Positions 11,812-21,622 of a stretch of DNA of 64,000 bases are shown piece after piece. Origin of the DNA: an uncultured delta proteobacterium (GTDB taxonomy: Bacteria; Myxococcota_A; Polyangia; Polyangiales; Polyangiaceae); contig CAVQUB010000011.1 in the NCBI GenBank assembly GCA_963716725.1, forward strand, positions 192,001 through 256,000, read 5' to 3'. The translations under genes and the position numbers were made by a program. The first letter of the stretch is position 1. Every line of letters starts with the position of its first letter. Below the pieces are notes generated by a model. The model made no database searches, was not told the origin of the DNA, and saw only the letters and a program-made list of their open reading frames with translations.

Positions 11812-14223
11812 TCACTCCACCACGAAGCGCACCGGCGCGCTGGCGCGGCCACCCGCGGTCTCGACATGCAGGCGATGCTCACCAGTCGCGAGGGGCCAGC
11901 TTAGCGAATACGGCGGTCCGCTGCTCCCGACCCGCCTGCCGTCGACGAAGTAGCTCATGCTCCCGGCTCCTGCTGACGCGCGCACGCGGAACACGACGGC
12001 CTGAGCCGCGGCAACGACCCCGGGATCTCGCAGGAAGCGCGCACCCTCGAAGGGATACTCCACGCGGGGAGCACTCTCGTCCCTCGGATCCGTCCCGGGG
12101 CAGCGCGGCGACCACGCCTCGGGGATCACGGGGCGCCCCGCGGTGCGCGCCCACGCCGCGTAGCGATCAGCGTAGTGCTCGCGGATCTCGGGTCTTGCCC
12201 CGGTACAGCCCGGACCCGCTCGCAAGCCGGTCGATGCGTCGATGGCGACGCTCACGTGCATCGAACAGGTCGTGCTCGGCGCTCGTCCCGCCGCGAAGCG
12301 TTCCCGGGAACGATGTCGGCAGTGTGGGCCGGGACGCTCGCCGGAAAGCGGGCAAATCTCGACGTCGATGAGGGTGCTCGACTCGCGAAGGGGGGCCGGC
12401 GAACGCTTGCGCATGGCCGCCATCATGACGTCACGGAATAGCGGCGCCGCGCCGGTGACCCCGCTCGAGCCGCGCATCGGCCGGCCGTCGAAGTTGCCGA
12501 CCCACACGCCCACGCTCACCTCGCGGGTGTAGCCAACCGTCCAGTTGTCGCGATAGCCCTTCGATGTCCCGGTCTTCGCTGCGGTCGGAAAGTCGAGTTC
12601 CAACACGCTGCCACGGCCGAAGGCGGCGGCGCGCGCGTTTGGATCGGCGAGCACGTCGGTCAGCAGAGCGGCGACGTCGCGCGAAAGCACGCTAGTTGTC
12701 TCGATGGGCGGCAGCGCGATGGACCCGCCGCCCGCAAGGCGCGCCTGCTTCACCGCGCGTAGGGGCCGGTGCTCTCCGTCGCGCGCCAAGGTGGCGTAGG
12801 CGTTGGTGAGCTCAGCGAGCGTGACCTCGCCGTCGCCCAGGGCGATGGCCGCGCCGTAGTGATCGGCCGCGCGATCGAGAGACGCAAATCCGACTCGGTG
12901 CAGCAGCTCGAGCACGTTCGCGGGACCCGCCTCTTGGGCCACGGCCACCGCCGGCACGTTGTATGAGTTGCCGAGCGCCTCGCGCAGGCGCACCGGGCCG
13001 TGATAGCGACCGTCGTAGTTGCGCGGTGAGTAGTCGCCGCCGGCCGTGCTCAAGTGCAGCTCGACGTCGGGCAGCAAGCTGGCCACGTGCAGCCCGAGCC
13101 GAGCCATGCCCACGGCGTAGACGAAGGGCTTCAGCGTGGATCCGGGCTGGCGACGTGCGATCACGCCGTCGTTTTGGCCCTGACCCCGGTGGTCGAAGAA
13201 GTCCGGGGCGCCGACGTACGCGAGCACGTCGCCGGTCGCATTGTCGACGACGATCACGGACGCCGCCGAAGCATCGACAGACGCCAGTCGGTCGCGCGCC
13301 TGTCGGACGAGCTCGCTCACCTCCCGCTGCATGTCCGCGTCGAGCGTGGTCTCGACATCTATCAGCTCTCGGCCCGCGAGCTCCCTCTGGAGGGCTCCCG
13401 AAAGCACGGCTCTCACGAAATGCTGCGCGCCGCCTTCGACCTGACCGGGCCGGACCAGGATGGGCTCGGCCTTCGCACGTTCAACCGCGTCCGCGCTGGC
13501 GAAACCGCTGTCGAGCATCCGATCGAGGACGCGGTTTCGCCGACGCTCGAGGCGCTCGGTGCCGCGTCGGGGATCGTAGAGCGTGGGCCCACGCGGCATG
13601 GACGCGAGCGCCGCGGCTTCGGACAGGCTCAGCTTGTTCGCGGGCTTGTCGAAGTAGAGCCGGCTCGCGGCCTCGATGCCGCGCACGTTCGGCCCGAACT
13701 CCACTCGGTTCAGGTACTGCTCGAGGATGGTGCGCTTGTCGAGGGCCGCGTCGACGCGGACGGCGATGGCCATCTCACGCAGCTTGCCGCGCACGGTGCG
13801 GGGGCGTGCGACAACGTTCTTGACCAGCTGCTGCGTGATGGTGCTGGCCCCGGAGACGATGCGTCGGTGCCAGAGCGCTTGCCCAAAGGCACGAGCCATG
13901 GCCAGCGGATCGAGGCCAAAATGCGCAAAAAACCGCGCATCTTCCGCAGCCAAGAGCGCCAACGGCACCTCCGGGGGCAGCTCGGAGAGCGTCACTGGTG
14001 CGGCGAGGACTCCGCCATCGGCGCGGACCTCGCGCAGCAGTCGTCCGTGCGTGTCGTACACACGAACGCTCCCGGGCTCGACGCCGGCGCCGCCCGCCAC
14101 CAGGGCCGCGGGCACCGGCTCGAGCAGCGCTGCCACCGCGAGACACACAATCGGCGCGAGCAGGGTGCCCAAGACCGCGCGCACCCAAGCCGTGCGCAGG
14201 ACGCGGAGCAGAGGCGCCTTCAC
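11812..14223 (-). CDS. pbpC: Penicillin-binding protein 1C
   Basis: Transglycosylase motifs EDARF and GASTITQQ; transpeptidase motifs STLK, SYN and KTGT; C-terminal BiPBP-like domain. GTG start overlaps the A2M stop (GTGA). Confidence 0.95.
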   Translation of the reverse strand: MKAPLLRVLRTAWVRAVLGTLLAPIVCLAVAALLEPVPAALVAGGAGVEPGSVRVYDTHGRLLREVRADGGVLAAPVTLSELPPEVPLALLAAEDARFFAHFGLDPLAMARAFGQALWHRRIVSGASTITQQLVKNVVARPRTVRGKLREMAIAVRVDAALDKRTILEQYLNRVEFGPNVRGIEAASRLYFDKPANKLSLSEAAALASMPRGPTLYDPRRGTERLERRRNRVLDRMLDSGFASADAVERAKAEPILVRPGQVEGGAQHFVRAVLSGALQRELAGRELIDVETTLDADMQREVSELVRQARDRLASVDASAASVIVVDNATGDVLAYVGAPDFFDHRGQGQNDGVIARRQPGSTLKPFVYAVGMARLGLHVASLLPDVELHLSTAGGDYSPRNYDGRYHGPVRLREALGNSYNVPAVAVAQEAGPANVLELLHRVGFASLDRAADHYGAAIALGDGEVTLAELTNAYATLARDGEHRPLRAVKQARLAGGGSIALPPIETTSVLSRDVAALLTDVLADPNARAAAFGRGSVLELDFPTAAKTGTSKGYRDNWTVGYTREVSVGVWVGNFDGRPMRGSSGVTGAAPLFRDVMMAAMRKRSPAPLRESSTLIDVEICPLSGERPGPHCRHRSRERFAAGRAPSTTCSMHVSVAIDASTGLRAGPGCTGARPEIREHYADRYAAWARTAGRPVIPEAWSPRCPGTDPRDESAPRVEYPFEGARFLRDPGVVAAAQAVVFRVRASAGAGSMSYFVDGRRVGSSGPPYSLSWPLATGEHRLHVETAGGRASAPVRFVVE

Positions 14224-17200
14224 CGAACCTCCACCAGCGTCGCTCCGGTACGGCCGAAGGTCTCTGGCGTGTACATCTCTTCCGCCTTGGTCGGCGGAAC
14301 GACGAACTTCCCGAGCGTCGTCGCGCGCGCCAGGTAGCGGTAGTGGTACATGCCCGCCGCCATCTGGTCGACGAAGAAGAGCACACGGTCGTCTCGCAAT
14401 TCGCGCCGGTACCAGCTCTCCAGGAAGGCTCCGCCGTGGGCCTGCCAATCGTCTTCGTCTTCGTCGCAGTCGTAGCAGTCGTCATCACCCCCCTCCCCCC
14501 CGGAGTCGGGGATGCGGAGCCAGGCGGCGGTGTTCGAAAGGTTGGCGTCCACGGCCTCGAGGCCCGCAGGCAGCGGATCGTCGATGGCCACGAAGTGGCG
14601 AGGGCTCGGCGTGACGACGACCACGTCCACCATCACCAGATCCCCACCCGCGAGCGCTCGGAGGCTGACGTCGGGCACGGTCTTCATGGCGTCGGCCAGG
14701 GTCTCGGGAGTGACCTTGCGCAGGGTCTTCTGCACGAAAAACCCGCGATCCAGGGGCGCCGCCGGCAGCGTCGTGCGGGCGTACCTGAGCCGTGCCTCGT
14801 AAAATAGCGTGCCCGAGCCCTGCTTCTCGAACACCAGGGTGCCGCCCGCCCCGAGCTTGGCAGTCGGGATCTGGTGGCTGACCGCCGCGACCGACCGGCC
14901 GCGCATCTCGGCCTGCGCGAGCTCAGTTCCCGAGAGCCAGATGCGCGCGAGGTAGTCCGGGACGACCTTCTCTTCAGAGCGCCGGTACTGGTCGAGCGCC
15001 ACCAGCGCGAAGGCCGCCTCTTGGGTCGTGCGCCACGCACCGCCCTTGCGCACCGCGACCAGCCCACGCGCCAGCTTGGACGCCATCGGGTGCCCGGGTC
15101 GGGCGGCGACCAACGCTCGCAGGACCAGCGCACTCGTGCGCGCCGACGAGTCCATCAGTACTGCGTAGTCGTCGCCGAGGTTCTCGTTGGCAAAGGCCAT
15201 GTTCGCGTCGAGGTGCAGCTGGCCTTCGACTTCGCCCGCGAGCAGATCAATCATCTCGCGCTTCTGCTTCGACACCGAGAGCGCGTGCAAGAGCAGCGCT
15301 TGACCGAAGAGCGGCATCTTCTTCCGACGCTCGTAGAGCCGGCTCATGTAGCCGGTGTCCGGAGCGCCGACCTCGGCCAGAACATCGACGATGAACGCCG
15401 CACTCACCAACCACAGCTCGTCCTCGCGCGCCTGCTCGAGGTAGCGGCGCACGTAGCCCTTTGCCTGATCGATCGCCCGCGCGGGCACGGCAGCGCCCCG
15501 CGCCTTGGCCTGGTACAGCGTCCAGAGCGCGTAAGTGCTGACCCAAGACGAACTCTCCGGGGAGTCCGGCCACATGCCGAAGCCGCCATCGCCACGCTGT
15601 CGCGCCAAGATATCGGCGACGGTCTTGTCGACGACCGCGCCAACGTTCTTCGGCAAAGGGAAGTTGAAGTCCTTGGCCAGCTCGCGCAACGGCACCAAGG
15701 GCAGCAGGCGGCTCGCGAGCTGCTCCGTGCAGCCGTAGGGGTACTCGATCAGCTGCTCGACTCCAGCGTCGAGACCCACCAAGGCGGTGCTGGCCATCGA
15801 CACGTGGAGCGAGCCCACGTCCCGGCGGATCGCGCTCAAATCGCCGATTTTCTCGCCGCTGGCCTGATCGGTCTCACCGTAGAGCGCCACGGCCTCCATC
15901 ACTGTCGGGACCTGCACCTCGCGTTCGACCTCGACCGCGTCGTGCTCGCCTTCGGCCTTCGCGTCGAAGCGCAGCTTGGCCCGCCCGGCGCTCTTGGCCA
16001 GCATCGGGAAGCGCACCTCGACGGACTCGTCGCGCCCGAGCTTCACGACGCGCTGGGCATCGCCGCCAAGTTCGAGTCCATCGACCTTGGCCGTCACGGT
16101 CACGTCGGCTGGTCCGAAGCCCTTCGACGTGACGACCACGCCGGCGTCGAGCTTGTCCCCGGCGCGCACGAAGCGCGGCAACGCGGGGCGCGCCATCAGC
16201 CGACGGCTGGTCACCACGCGGGACTCGCCGTAGCCGTAGCGATCGTCGATGCTGGTCGCCACCGCCATCAAGCGGTAGGTAGTCAGGCTCTCGGGGATCT
16301 TGAAGCTGACCTTGGCGAAGCCCTTGTCGTCGGTGGTCAGCGTTGGGTTGAAATAGGCACTCTGACGGAAGTCACGCCGCGCCGAGCGCCCGCTTCCGCC
16401 GCCGTCTCCGCCTTCCTGGCCCTTCTCCAGACCGAGGGTCGCGCCCAGATCGAGGCCGAGCTTCGCCAGCGAGTCCCGCGATTCGACGGTGGCCACTTGC
16501 AGGGGCCGCGACGCGGTGAACACCGGCAGCGGGTCCGGGGTCTTGTAGCCAATCAGGCTGAGCACGCCCTCGTCGACGGCGTACAGCGTCACCTCGGCGC
16601 TCTTGGGTTTTCCGGCAGCGTCGCGCACCGACACCTCCACTTCGGCCGTCGCGCCGGGTCGAAGCTCCTTCTGCTTGGGGCGAACGTCGACCTTGAGCCG
16701 CCTCGCTTCCGGATCGATGACCAGCTCTGCGTAGCCGACGCGATACTGCGGAGCCCCGACGTCGGGCTTGCTGCGATCGCTCGGCGCTTCCTTCTTGCGC
16801 CCGCGGATCAGATGCACCGAGACGAAGGCATTGGGCCTGAATTCGTCGCTGATCGGTACCTCGATGGTCGGCGTGGGCCCCAGGAGCTTCCTGCGCTCCG
16901 ATCGGTAGACGCCGGCGCGTTCGATGGTGACCAGCGCTTCGGCGTCCGGGTACGGTGACTTCACGAGCACCCGCGCGGTTTCGCCGACGCGGTACGATTT
17001 CTTGTTGAGCGCGAGCTCGAGGCTCATGCGATCGCTGTCGCGCCAGGTGGCCCCGCCGGGACCGATCCCGAAGAAGCCCTGGGCGGCTTGGACCGGGTTC
17101 TTGCGCTCGTCGACGGAGCGCGCCCGCAAGAGATAGTAGCCTCCCTCGCTCACGTCGAGCGAACAGCTCGCCGGGGCGGCTCCCGTGACCACCGAGCAGG

Positions 17201-19964
17201 AGCCGGCGACCGTGTCGACGGCCTTCGACTCCGAGTGGTAGCGCCCTCCGCCGATCTCCTGCCGGGCGAGGGTCCACTTGCGTCGCACCAGCTCGACATC
17301 GACCTTCTTGCCGCCGACCTTCTCGCCCTTTGGCGAGAGAGCCACCACGGCCGCGGTGACCTTGCCAGGCGCGTTGACGAAGTAGTCGTCGAGCTGACGC
17401 AGACCCAGGTAGTACGTCGCCGGATGCACCACCGCGCTGGTGCTTCCGCCGAGCGCTTGCCGCGACACGTCAGTGACCTCCGCGTCCAGCGTCACCAGCT
17501 CCGGTCCGCGCTGTCCAGGCAGGGCGAGGCTGGCTTCGACCGTGGTCTTGCCCTGCTCATCGAGCTTGCCCGCCTTGCTCTCGAGCTGAGCCGCGCCGCG
17601 GTCGGCGTTTTCGGCATCGGCGAAGTAGTCGCCGCCATCAGTGACAAAGCCCTCGCTGCCGGGCGGCGAGAAATACGACTGGCTGCGGGTGACCGTGGTG
17701 CGGACGCTGGCCTTGCCCATCGGGGAGCCGAACAAGTAGTCGCCGCGCGCGGTCCAGCGGGCGCGATCCCCTCGCACGTACTCCGGTCGATCACTCTCGG
17801 CGCTCACCTTGAACTCCGCCGGGCGGTACTCCGCGACCTCGAAGTACTGACTCACCGCGTCTTCACGGCCGAGGCCGTCGACGCGGAGCTGCCAGCTGCC
17901 GAGCGCCCCCGTGCGCGGCACTTTGACCGTTGCGTGGAAGGTCCCGAAGCGGGTCGCCGTGACCTTCTGCCGCGAGACCTTCTCGCCATCCGGAGAGCGC
18001 AGCTCGACTTCGAGGGCGAGGCCCTTGGGGATCGAGTTTCCGGTCGGGATCTCGGTGCGCACAATGCCCTTGACCTGCACCGAGTCACCGGGGCGGTAGA
18101 TCCCGCGCTCGGTGAACATCATGCCGTAGCTGCGCTGCTCGCCGGACAAATCGGTGGAGACACCGAAGCGCCAGGCGTCCAAGTGATCGGCCGCGTAGCG
18201 GAACGCCCAGTCGTCCCCGCTCTTGGCGATGATGACCGCGCGCGCGGCCGGTTCGTCTTTGTCGAAATTGGGCTGGTAGTCCGCCGCGGGGATCAACGCG
18301 ATGCCCCGAGCGTCGGCCTCGTAGGTCTTGGCGGCGCCACCCGGGCGGTGCAACTCCACCTTGGCCCCGCCCACTGGCGCTCCGTCGGAGAGCCGCGTGA
18401 CCCAAACCAGGGACCCGTGACGCGAGAGTTTGGCGCTGATGGCGAGATCGGTCACCTGCAGGAGTCGCACGTCGGTACCGACACGCTCACCCTCGGGTCG
18501 CACGCCCTTCTTGGCTTGGCGCTCGACCCAGCGGATGCCGACGGCCATGGGACCTCGGTGAGCGCCGGGCAAAACACCAGCGGGATCGACTCGCTCCTTG
18601 GCGAGCGTGTTGATGGCCGTCGTGGGCCTCACGGTTCGCGGCTTCGCACCCGACACCTTGCCGAGAGCGGCAAAGCGAGTCTCGATACGCTGATGCTCGG
18701 CGAGAGCCAGCAGATCCGCCGGCGCCAGCGCCGCGGTGATCAGCTCGTATCGATCGACGTTCACCGCCCCGATCGTCAGCGGTCGCATGGCCTTGGGTTC
18801 GAGCACGTCTCCCGCAATGCCGATTTCAACGGTGGGCCAGAGGTTGTCTACGATGACCTTCTCGACGTGGGCCTTGGCCATGCGCTGACCGTAGCGATCG
18901 CTGAGATCACCGCTGACGCGCAGGGTATAGGTCGTGCCTGGGCGCAGCTTCACCGACAGGCTCGAGTAAGTGGTCTGCGAGTTGTCCTCGCGCCAGCTCT
19001 CCCACTCGAGCCCCGCGGCGGGCGTGATGCTCAGCGCTCTCCGCAGGGCCTTGAACGCCACCGGATTGGTCAGCTCGATACCGAGACCTGAGCCGGCCAT
19101 GCAGTGCCCGTTCGGCGTGTCGCGGTTGCAGGTCAGGCGCTGTACTGCCAGTGGTCCGTAGGTCTCGAAAGTGATCGGCTCGGGCGTGCCTGCGGGCAAC
19201 GGTCCTTCTTCGCCGATCAGAGCCGCTCCGATAGTGAACGTAAAGCTCGAGTGGATCGGCAACGGAGCAGCGGGGATCACCTCGAGCCGCTTGGGCTGCT
19301 GGGGATCGGGTCGCTTCACGCTGAACTTTAGCGGCCGCGCCTTGCCCGCGGTGGTCGCCACCAGTGAACTCACACGCGTCAAGACCTCGGGGTCGACTGG
19401 CTGATTGAACCTGAACGAGAGCGTGGTCTTGGGTTCGAGGCCGGTCGCGCCCGAACGCGGAGTCGAACGCACCAGGCGCGGCGGCGGCGTCTTCAGCGTG
19501 AAGCGGTGCAGGGCACCCAGCGTGGATCCGTCGAGCGCCCGGGTTGCCGCCGGAACTTCGACCGTGATCGGAGTGGCGCCGGGCAAGCGACCCGTCTTTG
19601 GCACGAAGACCAGAGCCCGCGTTCCCACCCACTGCCATCGCCCATCCAGCTTCGGCGTCAGTTCGATGGGCGGCGGCGCTTCGTCACCGGCGAGATCGAG
19701 GGCGCGCAGTGGCCGGCTGAAGACCACGCTCAGCTCCGCGCCCACGGTGGCGTCGCCCTGGGGGCCCGAGAACACCACGCGGAATGGCCCGTCGCCCGAG
19801 CGCCCCCCGCCGCCCTTGTCCAGCGACAGGGTGCGCGAAGGAGAGACGACGGGCATCGTCGCGCCGCCGGGCACACAAGCTACCGCCACCAGCAAAAGCA
19901 GCGTCTGCAACAGGCGAAATCGCCGAAACCAAGACCGTTGCCCCGCGGGGCGAGCGTCGCGCAT
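14220..19964 (-). CDS. Bacterial alpha-2-macroglobulin family lipoprotein
   Basis: Thioester motif YPYGCTEQ; TERGIYRPG, RRDF bait-region end, EEMYTPE; lipobox-like VAVAC; canonical pairing with pbpC; GGAGGA RBS. Confidence 0.95.
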   Translation of the reverse strand: MRDARPAGQRSWFRRFRLLQTLLLLVAVACVPGGATMPVVSPSRTLSLDKGGGGRSGDGPFRVVFSGPQGDATVGAELSVVFSRPLRALDLAGDEAPPPIELTPKLDGRWQWVGTRALVFVPKTGRLPGATPITVEVPAATRALDGSTLGALHRFTLKTPPPRLVRSTPRSGATGLEPKTTLSFRFNQPVDPEVLTRVSSLVATTAGKARPLKFSVKRPDPQQPKRLEVIPAAPLPIHSSFTFTIGAALIGEEGPLPAGTPEPITFETYGPLAVQRLTCNRDTPNGHCMAGSGLGIELTNPVAFKALRRALSITPAAGLEWESWREDNSQTTYSSLSVKLRPGTTYTLRVSGDLSDRYGQRMAKAHVEKVIVDNLWPTVEIGIAGDVLEPKAMRPLTIGAVNVDRYELITAALAPADLLALAEHQRIETRFAALGKVSGAKPRTVRPTTAINTLAKERVDPAGVLPGAHRGPMAVGIRWVERQAKKGVRPEGERVGTDVRLLQVTDLAISAKLSRHGSLVWVTRLSDGAPVGGAKVELHRPGGAAKTYEADARGIALIPAADYQPNFDKDEPAARAVIIAKSGDDWAFRYAADHLDAWRFGVSTDLSGEQRSYGMMFTERGIYRPGDSVQVKGIVRTEIPTGNSIPKGLALEVELRSPDGEKVSRQKVTATRFGTFHATVKVPRTGALGSWQLRVDGLGREDAVSQYFEVAEYRPAEFKVSAESDRPEYVRGDRARWTARGDYLFGSPMGKASVRTTVTRSQSYFSPPGSEGFVTDGGDYFADAENADRGAAQLESKAGKLDEQGKTTVEASLALPGQRGPELVTLDAEVTDVSRQALGGSTSAVVHPATYYLGLRQLDDYFVNAPGKVTAAVVALSPKGEKVGGKKVDVELVRRKWTLARQEIGGGRYHSESKAVDTVAGSCSVVTGAAPASCSLDVSEGGYYLLRARSVDERKNPVQAAQGFFGIGPGGATWRDSDRMSLELALNKKSYRVGETARVLVKSPYPDAEALVTIERAGVYRSERRKLLGPTPTIEVPISDEFRPNAFVSVHLIRGRKKEAPSDRSKPDVGAPQYRVGYAELVIDPEARRLKVDVRPKQKELRPGATAEVEVSVRDAAGKPKSAEVTLYAVDEGVLSLIGYKTPDPLPVFTASRPLQVATVESRDSLAKLGLDLGATLGLEKGQEGGDGGGSGRSARRDFRQSAYFNPTLTTDDKGFAKVSFKIPESLTTYRLMAVATSIDDRYGYGESRVVTSRRLMARPALPRFVRAGDKLDAGVVVTSKGFGPADVTVTAKVDGLELGGDAQRVVKLGRDESVEVRFPMLAKSAGRAKLRFDAKAEGEHDAVEVEREVQVPTVMEAVALYGETDQASGEKIGDLSAIRRDVGSLHVSMASTALVGLDAGVEQLIEYPYGCTEQLASRLLPLVPLRELAKDFNFPLPKNVGAVVDKTVADILARQRGDGGFGMWPDSPESSSWVSTYALWTLYQAKARGAAVPARAIDQAKGYVRRYLEQAREDELWLVSAAFIVDVLAEVGAPDTGYMSRLYERRKKMPLFGQALLLHALSVSKQKREMIDLLAGEVEGQLHLDANMAFANENLGDDYAVLMDSSARTSALVLRALVAARPGHPMASKLARGLVAVRKGGAWRTTQEAAFALVALDQYRRSEEKVVPDYLARIWLSGTELAQAEMRGRSVAAVSHQIPTAKLGAGGTLVFEKQGSGTLFYEARLRYARTTLPAAPLDRGFFVQKTLRKVTPETLADAMKTVPDVSLRALAGGDLVMVDVVVVTPSPRHFVAIDDPLPAGLEAVDANLSNTAAWLRIPDSGGEGGDDDCYDCDEDEDDWQAHGGAFLESWYRRELRDDRVLFFVDQMAAGMYHYRYLARATTLGKFVVPPTKAEEMYTPETFGRTGATLVEVR

Positions 19965-19993
19965 CCGAGTCGTTCCTCCGGTGCCGCCCGTTC

Positions 19994-20009
19994 AGCAATG
20001 GGCGTGCCG
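19994..20009 (-). promoter_or_regulatory. Putative sigma-54 promoter of the A2M-pbpC operon
   Basis: The minus strand reads CGGCACG-CCCA-TTGCT, nearly the TGGCACG-N4-TTGCW consensus. The predicted start site (~19983) lies just before the RBS and ATG 19964. Confidence 0.7.
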
Positions 20010-20248
20010 CGGCTATACCCCGTCTTTCGCCGGACGTGGGCCCGGTGTCCGCCGGACTCCGTGGGCCTCCGGACCCACCCTGAGGCGATGGGCCCACAGC
20101 CCGCACGGCGACTCCGCCCCCCCGGATTCTCTCCGCCGCCACCCCTTCGAACCTGACCCGGAGCCCCACGAACCGAGAGAGCGGTACACGCAGCGGATTC
20201 GAGCAAGCGCTTCGCCCGCCGAGCGCGAGCGCCCCCCGCCTCACCGCG

Positions 20249-21049
20249 TTGGCATCGCGACACGCATGCTGCGCGAAGTCGCGGGGCGAGGCGAGCGGGG
20301 GTGACCGAAGTGCGTTAGACTGCCGCATCTTCTCCGCTCTGCGCGTCTCCATTCCGGTCGCTCTCCTGCTGCTCTCTGGACGATCCGTCGCTACCCCCAC
20401 GGCGAAGTTCCCAGAGCCGGTCGCGGCGGAGCCGGCGCCTCGATCGGCACCACCCAAGGCCGTCACCGCGCAACGTGAGCCCTGGGGTCGCGGCGCCGCC
20501 CGGGAGCACGTCCGGCGCGCGCGCGAACACACGCGTCGGGCCGACGCAGCCTTGGCCCTCGCGGAGCTGAACGAAGCCATCCGCTTCGATCCGAGCTTCG
20601 GCGACGCCTTCCTCGAGCTCGCTCTGCTGCGCGAGCGCATGGGTGATCTCGCTGAAGCCGAGCGCGTCTACGATCAGGCGGCACGCTTACCTGCCGTGCG
20701 AGCCGAGGCGCTCTTCGGACGCGCCCGCGTGGTCAAAGCGCGCGGGCACGACGACGAGGCGTTTCGCGATCTCGAAGCATCGGTGGAGCTTCAGCCTCAA
20801 CGCCGGAGCCTCGCGCTGTTGGCCGAGTGGTACGTGCAGCGGCGGGCCTGGCCCGCCGCGCTGGTAGCCTGGCGCCGCGTGCTGGCGAGCTACGACGGCG
20901 AACCGGGCCCCGATCGTGACCGGGTTCGCGTGCGTGTCCAGGCGCTCGTCCTGCTCGCCGCCGAGTCCGATCCGGTCGTCGGCGGCGCGGCGCACTCGCC
21001 CGGATGGGTGCGGCGGTCGCTGGCCCGAATGGCCAAGAAGCCCCGCTGA
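20249..21049 (+). CDS. TPR protein, probably exported; start uncertain
   Basis: TPR units (LNEAIRFDPSFGDAFLELA, LEASVELQP) and an N-terminal hydrophobic stretch. Confidence 0.75.
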   Translation: MASRHACCAKSRGEASGGDRSALDCRIFSALRVSIPVALLLLSGRSVATPTAKFPEPVAAEPAPRSAPPKAVTAQREPWGRGAAREHVRRAREHTRRADAALALAELNEAIRFDPSFGDAFLELALLRERMGDLAEAERVYDQAARLPAVRAEALFGRARVVKARGHDDEAFRDLEASVELQPQRRSLALLAEWYVQRRAWPAALVAWRRVLASYDGEPGPDRDRVRVRVQALVLLAAESDPVVGGAAHSPGWVRRSLARMAKKPR

Positions 21050-21460
21050 TCAGCCCACTAGATGCGCCTGAGCGACCCCGCGCACGTCGTCGGGCATCGG
21101 GCAGCTCTTCATCAAAGCCAGATCCGTGGTGACCACCGTGTGGTGCAGCTCCGCGGCGATCACGCGATCGCTCGCGCGGACGAAGTCGTAGCGCAGGGTC
21201 AGGCTACGGTTGCCGAGGCGCGAGACGCAGGTCTCGACGACCGTCGTGTCACCGTAACGCAGGGGCGCCCGGAAGTCGGTGTGCAGCGAGACCGCGGGCA
21301 GCCCGATGCGACGTTCGGTCACCAGGCGACAGTAGCCGCCCTCGAGCGGATCGAATAGCCGCTCCATGGCCTCGTGGGCGTAGGTGAGGAAGTGGGGGAA
21401 GAAGAGCAGCCCCGCAGGATCGACCTCGTGAAAGCGCACGATACGTTCGTAGGGAAACAC
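21050..21460 (-). CDS. Acyl-CoA thioesterase (4HBT/YbgC hotdog family)
   Basis: VRFHEVDPAGLLFF, DFRAPLRYGD, LGNRS. GTG start at 21460. Confidence 0.9.
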   Translation of the reverse strand: MFPYERIVRFHEVDPAGLLFFPHFLTYAHEAMERLFDPLEGGYCRLVTERRIGLPAVSLHTDFRAPLRYGDTTVVETCVSRLGNRSLTLRYDFVRASDRVIAAELHHTVVTTDLALMKSCPMPDDVRGVAQAHLVG

Positions 21461-21514
21461 GCTCGGAGGTAGCACGACTGCCGCGACCCACGAAAGCGCC
21501 GCGACTCGGCACCA

Positions 21515-21559
21515 GGCCAGCGAGGCCAGCCCGGCCAGCCCGGCCAGCCAGGCCAGCCA
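21515..21559 (+). repeat. Intergenic 9-bp-period direct repeat x5 (GGCCAGCnn)
   Basis: GGCCAGC begins at 21515, 21524, 21533, 21542 and 21551. Confidence 0.85.
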
Positions 21560-21622
21560 GACGCGTCCACCGTCCACCGGCGCCCTTGCCGCTTGGGGGG
21601 TTTTGCCGGACACTTCTGATCC

